A DNA stretch of 63,305 nt, filler included, from Kipferlia bialata (lineage: Eukaryota), in the NCBI GenBank assembly GCA_003568945.1. It is 4 parts of 4 records of this genome, joined end to end, with 100 filler letters (N's around TTAATTAATTAA, not from the genome) between each part and the next. Parts side by side here need not be neighbours in the genome. Positions count along the whole stretch, not along the records: positions 1 to 24,140 come from BDIP01000235.1; positions 24,241 to 42,120 come from BDIP01000236.1; 2 more parts are not named here. The stretch is one strand, 5' to 3'. Made by a program: the position numbers and the translations under genes. Every line of letters starts with the position of its first letter. Position 1 is the stretch's first letter. This document shows positions 13,801 through 25,081 of this stretch, piece by piece. Below the pieces are notes generated by a model. That model ran no database searches. It was given only the letters and a program-made list of their open reading frames with translations, and had not been told where the DNA came from.

Positions 13801-14621
13801 ACTAGAGGAAGCAGGGGCACTAGGGGCAACAGGGACAGGGAGAGGGACAGGGAGAGACCTAGGAGGAAGCTCGGCCTGGACCTCCTCGCTCTCTGCCTCT
13901 CTCTCTTCTTCACTCTCTTCCTCACTCTCTTCACTCTCGCTCTCTTCACTCTCCTCTTCGCTCTCCTCTGCCTCCGATGCAGATGGTGTGAGAGGGGGTG
14001 TGGGTTCCGAGGAGTCTGTCCCGTAGGAGTCCTCCTCCTCGGACTCACTCTCCTCTCTCTCTCTCTCCTCTCTCTCCTCTGACTCATAGGCATCTATCAC
14101 AGCTGGGGCATCGCAGGGCATGCCTGGGTCATTAACTATTCTATGGATATATACATGTATGGGACACTTGAAAGAAATACTGGGTCAGCATAGAACCCGG
14201 CAAGTGGATATGGACACATACAAATATATATATATACTTATATATATATTGTATGCAGGGCATGCCTGGGTAAGCAGGTATAGGGCATGGTAACGAATCA
14301 TTATGCCAATGAAATGGATATACACTATACCTGATAGGGGTATCTCCGATGGAAGTGTCGCCTCTACGTGCATATCCTCCACCTACACATATGTATTTAT
14401 ATAAATATACATTACACACCTGATAGGGCTCTGAAGGTGGCACTGTCTCCACCTGCATGTCCTCTGCCTGGGAGATGCTGCCCTACTATATATATACAAT
14501 ATATACATATATATATATACTATACCTGTAAGGGGTATCTCCGATGGCAGTGTGGCCTCTACGTGCATGTCCTCTGCCTGGGAGATGCTGCCCTCAGAGA
14601 GATCCTTGCTCTCACTCATAG

Positions 14622-14655
<34 letters not shown>

Positions 14656-17600
14656 GCTCTCAGATGGCTCTGATGCCTCCTCCTGCTGTACTACAGTCAG
14701 TATATGAAGACATCTAGTCTATAGACAGACACACCAGTTTATATATATACTTATATATATATATGCAGTGAGAATGAGAATACCAGTATATATATATATA
14801 TATACATATGTGTGTGTACCATGACATGGTAATGTATAAATGTCAAAAACGACTTGGTTGTATATATCATGTATACATGTATACATGTATACCGTACCAG
14901 GCATATGAAGAGGCACTGACTAGTATATGGGCACTGACTAGTATATATATATGATATACATGGTAACGATTACACACATGCATACCGTACAAGGCATGGG
15001 AAGTATACATATGTATATACTAGCACATATCCTATATATATACACTGTATACCGTACCAGGCATGGGAAGAGGCATACCGACAGGCAGCATGGACGGGGC
15101 CTGGGCAGTGCCAAGTGGAAGAGGGAGGGGAAGCGAAGCAGCAGCAGCGCTCTCAGCGCCTCTAGTGCCTCTAGTGGCCACTGGTAGCGGCATACTAGCC
15201 GTGGGTGGCTGTCCACCGATGGGTAGGGGCAGGGCCTTGCCGTAGCGGGAGGGAGGTGCCAGTACAACGGGTACAGCGGGGGGGACAGGCAGGGAGAGAG
15301 TCTCTGCCAGGCCTGCAGCCTCTGCCTCTCTCTCTCTCTCTCTCTCTGCATCTGCCTCTTCCTCTGCCTCGCTAGACGTACTAGAGGGGGACTCAGTCTC
15401 GACATCGGGGGTGGTGTACTGGGACCTGGGGTCAGTATGTCTCAAGAGAAGTGGGTATATATGCACACATACATATACACACACATGTCTTTACAGCTCT
15501 GTCTGAATATCAGGGGTGTACTGGGACCTGGGGTGATATATATAGACAGAGAAAAGTATATACTGTGTGTTAAGATACTGGTGTACTGGGACCTGGGGTG
15601 AGTATGTCTCAAGAATAGTATATATGCATACATTTACAAAACATAAATATACAGATATGTCTCGACATCATGGGTGATATAGTGTCTGTATATACGAGGT
15701 TACGTATATGTCAAATGAACTTGTCTGAGTGTGGCATGAATGAGTAATACATATATATATATGCATACCCACCTGTCAGACTGTGGCACATGGGCTGTGA
15801 CAGGTGCACAAACAGGGGCAGCGGTGGGCAGGGGCAGAGCAGGGGGAGGGGTAGTGATGGTAGGAGCCACAGATGAGGTAGGGGGGGGTCTGGTCCTAAC
15901 TGTAGGCACTGTGGGCACTGAAGGGACAGTGGGTACTGAAGTCACAGTGGGTACTGTGTGTACTACGGGAGAGGGTGGTGTCACCCCTCCGATGGAGGGA
16001 CGCAGGATCTGCCGGGGCTGGGCGTAAGGCCAAGGGACTATAGGTAGGATATTTTGCTATTCTATACCTACTCTATTTACACACACTACAAAATTCAATA
16101 ATTAATATACATCCAATATCGAATACGCACCTGCTCACTCATGTGGGGTGTAAGAATACATACATAATATGATATTTATACTNNNNNNNNNNNNCATGTG
16201 GGGTGTAAGAATACATACATAATATGATATTTATACTATACATACACTTAAATACACACATATATATACATACACCCACCTGCTCACTCATGTGGGGTGT
16301 GCGTGTGGACAGCACCACTGGGACCTGGGGTTAGGGTATCAAAGATATAGATAGAGATATATGATAGAGCAATAGATATGTTTCAAAACTATATATATAT
16401 ATATAGGTATCAGACAATATATAAGGTACTATGGAAACCCTTACCTTGGGTGCTGCGTCATCTGATGCCAGAGAGACCACCTTGAAGGAGACAATGCGCC
16501 TGACACTGTCACTCTGCAGCCTGGGGAAAGAGAGAGAGAGAGAGAGAGAGACCACCTTGAAGGAGACAATGCGCCTCACGCTGTCACTCTGCAGCCTAGA
16601 GTAAGAGAGAGAGATGTGTGTATGTGAATAGGGGAGAGAGGCAAAGGGGTATCCCAGGGGGATATATACCTTAGGTCCTTGAGGCACCAGCATGTAATCA
16701 GGATACCGTACTAACATATTCCTGGAGAATACATATATACATCCATATCCATATCCATACATACATGTACATATCCATATATATATATCCATATATAAAT
16801 ACATGAATGCTTACCTTGGGTCCTTCAGACACCCGTATGCCATCAGGGCAGAGTGGGTCTGGGAGCACTTATATATATACACTACTATTATATATATATA
16901 TATATATATATACTACATATATACTACACTATATATACTATATATATCTATATACCTTGGGTCCTTCAAACACCCGTATGCCATCAGGGCAGAGTGGGTC
17001 TGGGAGTCACAGCCAGGGGCAGGGAAGGTGTGGCCTGGGGTGAGAATATATAGGGTACACCGAGTGTACTATATATAGATACATATATAGTATATAATAA
17101 GTATCCTACCAGGGGCAGGGAAGGTGTGGCCTGGGGTCAGGGAGGAGGGAATATAACACTATCTACTATTATTGTCTCTTCACTATTACGAATACTGTAT
17201 ATACTATGTAATTTGTGTGATTATATGTGTCGTACTAGGGGCAGGGAAAGTGTGCCCTGGGGAGAGAATATATACACAGGATACACCGAGTACTATATAT
17301 AGATACACATAAAGCATATACTATGTATGTATGGTAACAGGGGCAGGGAAGGTGGGGCTTGGGGTGAGGGAGGGAGATAGAGGGGATAGGGACACTAATA
17401 ACCTATATATATTAGGTATATATCAATTATCGTTACCTATCGCAGTGGCCAGGGGTATGTCATCCAGCCTAGCCAGAGCATACAGAGTATTGTATTTATA
17501 TACGCTTTATAAAGTATATACACTGTATTAAGTATACTATATACTACATTAAGTATACAATACAACGTACCTAGTGCTGTGGCGAGGGGTAGGCCATCCA

Positions 17601-17843
17601 GTCTGCCCAGGGGTGTCACCAGGTCAGGGGGAGGGAGGGCCATGGCACCAGAGAGGGTGGGGGCATGGAGCTGATATGAATATATATCTACTGGACTAGA
17701 AAATACACATATATATACATATATATATTCATATGTGGGAGTGCCATGGCACAGTGAGGGTGGAAACTATATATTGACAATATATCCACATGTATATACC
17801 TTGAATACCCATGCACCGCATAGTATGAGTAGAGCAGACATAC

Positions 17844-17875
<32 letters not shown>

Positions 17876-18038
17876 CCTTGAATACCCATGCACCGCAGAG
17901 TATGAGGGAGTGGCCTGGACAGGAGACAGGGGGCAGGGTACCGTCGGCATCCAGTGCCACCTGTAGGTAAGGTAGTATCACTATACGTTAAGATAGAGGC
18001 AGTATCAGTATACGTAGCATAAAGATCGACATATATTC

Positions 18039-18070
<32 letters not shown>

Positions 18071-18819
18071 ACTGTACTGCAGTACCTTGAGGTAGGGCAG
18101 GAGGGGGAAGGCAGGGCCATCAATCACAAGGCGGTTGTCTGAGAATCAGAGTGAGAGCGAGAAAGGAGAATCATGTTTGAGTTTGAGAAACCAGGCAACA
18201 ACTCATATATAACCGGTGATGGAACAACTGGAATTGAGGAACAATGAAGTGTTCAAACTATTTATCTAATGTCTTCAAAATATATCTAAAGTCTTCCTCT
18301 GGTGCTGAACGGAGTACAAAAAGTAGATTCATAGACACACACACATGCATTTATATCTGTATACACACCTGATGTCTTCCTGAGGTACTGCAGCCGTGGT
18401 TCAGAGGGGACAGACACATCGATAACAGCCGGGAAACTGAAGGGGATGCCGAGGGGGCGCTAGGTTAGCCATACGTATGATGAAGAAACATGCCTACAAC
18501 AATATGTACGTGTAATATCCACAATGTCTAATCTATATTACAGAATAGATAAATGGAATATCGAGGGGGCGCTGGGTTAGGATAAGTGGGGAGTGGATTC
18601 CGAAATAGAAGTACACATTGAGAATGAACAAATATACATATATATATATACATATCTATCCTGTATCCATACCTCTACTGGGCACTTTGGTACCCCCTGT
18701 ACATGCGTATCAGCTGCTAGGTCTAGGAACCATGCCGAGTGCAGGTCATGGACAGACAGGGTGTCAAGCCCAGGGTGGTATCTAAGTACAATGTCAGTGC
18801 CTGAGGTGAGATATTTATT

Positions 18820-18856
<37 letters not shown>

Positions 18857-19096
18857 GGTGTCAAGACCAGGGTGGTATCTAAGAACAATGTCAGTGCCTG
18901 AGGTGAGATATGTATATATAAATATAGAGAGAGAGAGAGAGAGAGAGAGAGTATCAAGACCAGGGTGGTATCTGAGTACAATGTCAGTGCCTGAGGTGAT
19001 ATATATATAGAGAGAGAGAAAAAGAATAGATGACCAGTCAACTATTATTGTACTATATACATACTATACATACGAGGAACACAGAGAGGGAGGGGG

Positions 19097-19128
<32 letters not shown>

Positions 19129-20418
19129 TACCTGCGCCTGGCATGTCTGTCTTGACCAGCCACCACTAGTATATATACTGTATATATACTCTATATATAC
19201 CATGTATATATACAACATAATCAATACCTGCGCCTGGCATGTCTGTCTTGACCAGCCACTTCATATATATACTGTATATATACTATATATATATACCATA
19301 TATATACTATACTATATATACCTGCGCCTGGCAGGTCTGTCTTGACCAGCCACTTCATATATATACAATATCTACACTGTATATACACTACATATACAAT
19401 ATGTATACACTATCTATAGAGAGAGATGTACACCTGCGTTTGGCATGTCTGTCTTGACCAGCCACTTCTTCTTCAGAGACAGACTGCACTGGGGGGTGCC
19501 AGGCTTAGGGATAATCTGAGGTAAGGAGGATGTATCTATCAATAAAAAAGTAGTTATCTATTCATGAATTTACATTATTGACCTGTTGGGTGCCAAGCTT
19601 AGGGATAATCTGAGGTCAGACGGTATATGGAGACACTTCAGATGGTATATAGTATGCAGATATGTATGCATATGTAGAGCGAATAATCTGACATCAGAGG
19701 ATGACATGGCATATATATCTGCATATGAAGGGTGTCTAACCTTGAACAAAAGACCAAGAGAGAGATAGAATGCAGGGCATACTATACACATATAGATTGT
19801 ACACATACAGACACATGTATGTATGTACATATAGTCTTACCTTAAACACAATGACGCAGAAGACAGAGCATTACCCATAGAGATTGTATATACACACATA
19901 TATACATGTAATCATTATACCTTGAACACAATGACGCAGAATGCTGCACCGTCTGCATCCAAGAGAATGACCACAAGGCAGTTCTGCTTGGGGGAGTAGA
20001 AGACCTGTTTCCGGGGAGACTTGACCTGACAATGAGCTGTCATATACATACACATATATTGGACGTGGTACTATACTGTGACTACGAATGTAATATAGAC
20101 ATATAAGATTATATGTATATATACTGTGTCTCACCTGGGCGCCAGCTATCAGCATGCTTGAGTATGTATGCATAAATGTATAAATGTAGGTATATATGTA
20201 ACAATAAATATACCTGGGCTCCAGCTATCAGCATGCAGCGTGGGGACCCATCTGGGCCTCTCTCTGTGGATGACACACCCACAATGGCAATGACCTGGGG
20301 TGAGTGATATTGTGTATGTACAGAGAGAGAGAGAGTGAGTGAGAGAGAGAGAGAGACCTCTCTCTGTGGATGACACACCCACAATGGCAATGACCTAGAG
20401 GTGAGAAACAGAGTACAT

Positions 20419-20458
<40 letters not shown>

Positions 20459-20941
20459 ACACCCACAATGGCAATGACCTGGGGTGTGTGTGTGTGTGTG
20501 AGAGAGAGATAAAGAGAAACAAAGTGTCATGGGGTGTCTACAACAGGGCACACACAACAGACTGTGTAGAGCGTTGGAAGAGGGATCATACCATAGAGGT
20601 GACAATGGCAACACGCCTCATGCCCTTGACAGGTGGGAGAGTGCACGTGCTGCACACGGCCTGCCCCTGGACAAGCTTAGCCTCCATGGTAGCAAGGTCC
20701 TACTGTGAGTGACAGATGAGGTCAGGATGTCATCCACACACTTATAGCCACCCATAACAACCAATACTCCTCTTAATGCATGTACCTTCCCAACATGAAG
20801 CTTTCCAATTGGGTGGGCCAGTATAGACCCATCAAATGACGGTGAGAAGGCCGGGAAGTCCTGGCCGGTGACGGGTAGGCTCAACACCTGGCCAATTGTA
20901 GAAAGAGGGGTGTCACTGCCCATATGCGAGGGCATTGACAT
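8009..20941 (-). CDS. Very large multi-exon gene: beta-rich N-terminus, long acidic/Pro-Ser-Thr linker, C-terminal coiled coil (possibly EDC4/Ge-1-like)
   Basis: Chain of minus-strand exons with GT/AG boundaries from MSMPSHMGSD (ATG about 20941) through EEEREERERE/PVPVAP exons (13420-14130, 15060-15420) and a coiled-coil exon (10290-10495) to VPGTQPVQ...RSLQ* (stop 8009). It spans a 12-N gap and could be more than one gene. Confidence 0.5.
16183..16194. other. Scaffold gap with duplicated flanks
   Basis: 12 Ns; CATGTGGGGTGTAAGAATACATACATAATATGATATTTATACT occurs on both sides, typical of an unmerged contig overlap. Confidence 0.85.
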
Positions 20942-21205
20942 GTATAACTTGCTTTGAATGGGTGCTCTGGCACGGTGAAGGAGACGACTCGACAAGCAAC
21001 ACAGTGGCAGGAAAAGTGTCCCGACTCAGAATCGAACCCGTGTCCCTTGGCCTTCGGGAGGTGAAAAGTGTTATTATTGACGATACTTCGTAATATGAGG
21101 AAGCTGATCTACGTTCCTATGTGAAGGATTCACGGAATGAGCCCCCCTAACCCTCTACCACAAACATTTAGGAATCCCCAGACTCATCCTCTTGATTATC
21201 CCCAG

Positions 21206-21631
21206 TCATCATGTACAGACTATCCGGACCCCTGCTTTTGTGTAAACGTCTGGTGTCAATTCCACTCATCAGCGCTTCTGACGACAGACGGTGCCATTAT
21301 CCACACCAACTCAGCCGTCACTGGGTCCTACGTGTGTGCACTCCCCACCACCCTCGCTGCCGGAACCTACACCCTCTCTGTCACCTCCGACCATGATGAC
21401 ATCAGCCTCGAGACCACCCTCGTCCTGACCGAGAAGGCTAGAGGCCCGTCCTACGTTGTTCTGGTGGTCCTTCTCCTGGCCGGTATCGCTGCCGGAGTTG
21501 CATGTGGCTACTTCATCTTCCGGAGAGACTCCTCCAAGGAAGAGTCCCATGAGGGAGAGAGTGGTGAGTCTGGTGTCACTGTAGACTCCAGCCCTGTGCA
21601 TGGGGTGCCTGAGGCGGAGGAGTCCGTCTAA
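21206..21631 (+). CDS. Small single-pass membrane protein or gene fragment
   Basis: Exon after a CCCCAG acceptor encodes a Cys-containing, Ig-like beta segment (GSYVCALPTTLAAGTYTLSVT), a TM helix (YVVLVVLLLAGIAAGVACGYFIF), RR stop-transfer and an acidic tail. The 5' exon is unclear. Confidence 0.6.
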   Translation, partial: SSCTDYPDPCFCVNVWCQFHSSALLTTDGAIIHTNSAVTGSYVCALPTTLAAGTYTLSVTSDHDDISLETTLVLTEKARGPSYVVLVVLLLAGIAAGVACGYFIFRRDSSKEESHEGESGESGVTVDSSPVHGVPEAEESV

Positions 21632-22196
21632 CTCTGGTTCCACTGTATTTCTACAAAGCTGGTATGACTTGGACTCAAACACTACTATATCTAGTCTATC
21701 CTCTCCTAATGCAGATAAGACCTCAAGTGTGAAACGTTGTGTAATAAATGTATTGTATGTGAAGTAAGAAGAGGGATTCTATAAATGAGACTAATGCGCA
21801 TAACCGTGATGAAATTCACCTCTGATGATCACACTCTCCCTCCAGCTATTGAATAACCTATTCATGCTCCTGTGCTTCAGAGTCTGAAGTTCAGACCCCC
21901 TGTTCCGTCATGTAAATGCATTATCCACAATGAAACAATAATCTACAAAGAAGTTTACTATATACACATTTACATATTCGTATATCATATAACGTTGATC
22001 CCTGCCAGGGACTCCCTGGTGTTAGCCACGTTGTTCACTCGGGGAATATGTTCCTTAACCATCATTAATCATGACTATTATTCATTTTCATTACGATTAC
22101 TGCTGACACTGTCAGTGACAGTAGTCTGCCGTCATAATTTCTACTATTCAAAGTATTTCTGGTATGACGATGATTCATCACGCATATGCCGTGTCC

Positions 22197-22750
22197 ACCT
22201 TAACTACATGCAGGAAGGGGGTATCCACGTGGGTGGCTGCGAAGGTAGTCAGGGAGGGATTATCCCCAGTTGTGGTTGTATAGACTCCGCTGCCTCCCTG
22301 AAAGATACCCTCGAGGTCTCTGGACCACTCGCCAGACACAGTGTCAAAGACCTGACCATGAGGGTGATGTATATGCATGAATGTATACAAATGTATATAT
22401 GCATATTGTATATACATAAATACAATATATAAACCTGTATATATACATATGCATACTAATACATATATTCACCACTCCCAGATACAGTGTCAAAGACCTG
22501 ACAATGAGGGTGATGCACATATGTATATGGGTATATATATATATACAATACTAGGCCTAAATTGCTATGCAGATCCGAGGGTATATATACTGTATCCACA
22601 TCATGAGTCATGATGTGGAAACATGATGATCATGAGAGAGAGTAGGAGAGAGGAAGACTCACCGGCTTTCTCCTGTGCTGGTCGTAAGTGATTGGCAGGT
22701 GCACCAGGTGCTGTGCGACTCTGGCCATGCAATGAATCCAGCTCTATGTG
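22197..22750 (-). pseudogene. Fragmentary kelch-like exons
   Basis: Exon-like segment VFDTVSGEWSRD resembles a kelch blade end. A duplicated acceptor sits near 22485. No complete reading frame could be reconstructed. Confidence 0.3.
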
Positions 22751-23088
22751 ACAATGAGAGTGAATAATGTTGGCATAATGAGGGTAGATGCAGTATGTAG
22801 TGCATAACCATTTAAGCACCATTGGGTTGTGTCCACCATACACATAGGAATCATAATAGACAATATGTGAGGTGGAAAAGGAGAAGATATGTCATTTCTG
22901 GTTTCCGTGGGTGAGAGTTAGGCCAGAGGGGACAACAATGGGCCTGGGGGAGACTGAGTACAAGTCTCTATTGAATCGAGATAGAATAGAGCCTATTCTG
23001 CTTCAATACTCGATACGAAAACCAACACAAACAAATATATACCACCAACTATATACAACACAATGCTAAATGAAACATATTACAAAGC

Positions 23089-24113
23089 TTACAAGCGCCT
23101 CCCACCCCTCTCTCTCTCCTTGATCGATATCTCTGCCATAGCTTGCATATCCTGGAGTCTCTCTCTCCCGCGCTGTCTCTCTCTCTCTCTCTCCCTCATC
23201 CGTGCCTCCCTCGCTCTCTGTCTCTCCTGCATGGCCCTCTCTCTCTCTCTCTCAGTCTCCCTGCTACCCCCAAGGGTACGACCCCCAGCTCTGGCTCTCT
23301 CTCTCTCTCTAGGGGGTGCCCTCTCTCTCACCCTCTCTCTCTCCCTGCGTCCCCCCTCAACACCTTCTAGCTGGTTCACTAGCCTGGGGGTCATGTATAT
23401 ATGAATATACATATATATGTATCTATATACCGAGATACATGATGAATGAAGGTCATCAACACCCTCAAGCTGGTTCACTAGCCTGGGGTTATCATAAATA
23501 CAAACAAAACGATGCATGAACATAGAAAACAAAACCTCTTACTATGAGTATACCTGCATCAGGGAAGTATCCATATCTATTCATAAAGGACCAGAGTCAA
23601 TTCCAAAGGTACACACATGTATAGACATATGAATGTGCATACGTCTTATCCATGCGGTCAAATTAGTGTAATATCCATATCTATCTATCTATATACAGTA
23701 TACATAGTATATATAGTGTATATAGTATATATAGTATATAGTATACAACAATGTACATACCACGAATACTATATACTTACCTCATGTCCATGCGGTCTCC
23801 CCCATCGTTGTCCAGGAATATGTTGTCTGGGAGTGAGTCGGATACATATAGTACATATACAAACTATTATGATCTCTACACATCATTGGTATGTATACAT
23901 ATCACAATGTATTTGTCCCACCTTCGCTCTCACTGTAGTCTGTCGACTCCTCTGCTGACATATCAGATACTGGAATACATCATATACCCATACATATCCA
24001 TACAGACACCCACATATATATACCCAGGATATTCCCACCTTCGCTCTCACTGTAGTCTGTTGATTCCTCTGCCGACATCTCAGGTTCAGGGATGGCCAGG
24101 AAGCACACACTGG
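23089..24113 (-). CDS. 3' part of a hypothetical protein with an Arg/Glu-rich tail
   Basis: Exons VCFLAIPEPEMSAEESTDYSESE (about 24040-24113), QHIPGQRWGDRMDM (about 23781-23826) and a terminal exon RLVNQLEGVEGG...RERER...GGRRL* (stop 23089). Cut by the contig end. Confidence 0.55.
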
Positions 24114-24140
24114 CTGGAATAAGGGTCTATTATATATATA

Positions 24141-24240
24141 NNNNNNNNNNNNNNNNNNNNNNNNNNNNNNNNNNNNNNNNNNNNTTAATTAATTAANNNN
24201 NNNNNNNNNNNNNNNNNNNNNNNNNNNNNNNNNNNNNNNN
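24141..24240. other. Artificial contig linker
   Basis: 100-nt N block with a central TTAATTAATTAA (stops in all six frames), identical to the other two linkers. Confidence 0.97.
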
Positions 24241-24322
24241 CCTTTCCCCCCCACAACCCCCCCCCCCCCCCCCCCTCCTCCCTTGCCCACACGACCACCA
24301 TACTACCTTCCCTCACACTTAG

Positions 24323-24884
24323 GAGAGAGAACCAGGCTGTTCGTACTAAGGTGGCTGCCACTCAGGCCGAGAAGAGGATGCAGAGGGTGAGACCTGTATG
24401 TTGTGTATATCAATGTATAGGGTTGTGTTGCTGCAGGCTACAAGCATGTGATACCATCGTCTTCTTCACTGTGTGTTTAGTAGTCTCCCTCAACCCATAC
24501 TGACCTGCATGATTATTAGCTCGTACTCGCATATATTATGTATTCTCGCTCTCTGCTCTCATACCATATATACACTTTCTATAATTGTGTCATTTCCTAC
24601 GCGGTACCATGATACAGTTATAGGTCCTGATGTGCCCTAATCCACCCTCACCCCAGGCCAAGGCCACTGTTGCTGCCCAGCTGGCAGAGAAGCAGAGGAG
24701 GGAGGCAGAGGCACAGAAGGGGCCAGAGATGCCAACTAGGCCTACCGACACCCCCAAGGAGGAGACTGAGAGGGAGGGGGGTCTACCCATCGAGGAGTGC
24801 GAGGTGCCCATCACCTTCTACTCCAACAGGCCGAGGTTCGGCAAGAACACTGCCTTCAGCCACCCCCTCAACATGCCAGTCTGA
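24323..24884 (+). CDS. 3' end of a hypothetical coiled-coil protein
   Basis: Exons ENQAVRTKVAATQAEKRMQR and AKATVAAQLAEKQRREAE...FYSNRPRFGKNTAFSHPLNMPV* have GT/AG boundaries. The 5' part is lost at the contig start. Confidence 0.6.
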
Positions 24885-25081
24885 TGCATATACTAACACT
24901 GATGCTGAGGGGGATACAGAGGGGGATATCCGGCTGACAACAATACTGAGCCGTGGATAAATGTAACACTAGTATTGGGTGGTGACGAATACTGCTAAAC
25001 ATACACTCAATTCATATCACATGGTTCTCCACATCTATTGGTCCACTCATTACGGTACTATGTTGTAGGAGCATATTACCC

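Noticed and set aside
16140..16237. Perfect 43-nt duplication around the small N gap
   Set aside because: Identical copies flanking a scaffold gap indicate an unmerged overlap, unlike the diverged junction echoes.
19120..19480. CRISPR-like array (about 34-nt repeats with 60-80-nt spacers), also at 901-1260 and 17015-17360
   Set aside because: The repeats are copies of exon-intron junctions of a eukaryotic gene, the spacers are low-complexity (AT)n DNA of uneven length, and no cas genes are present.
21011..21071. Functional tRNA gene
   Set aside because: Only a T-loop/B-box-like motif is present; no cloverleaf can be folded. Kept only as a possible tRNA-derived fragment.
24141..24240. TTAATTAATTAA motif recurring three times
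   Set aside because: It is always embedded in a 100-nt N block: an artificial six-frame-stop contig linker.
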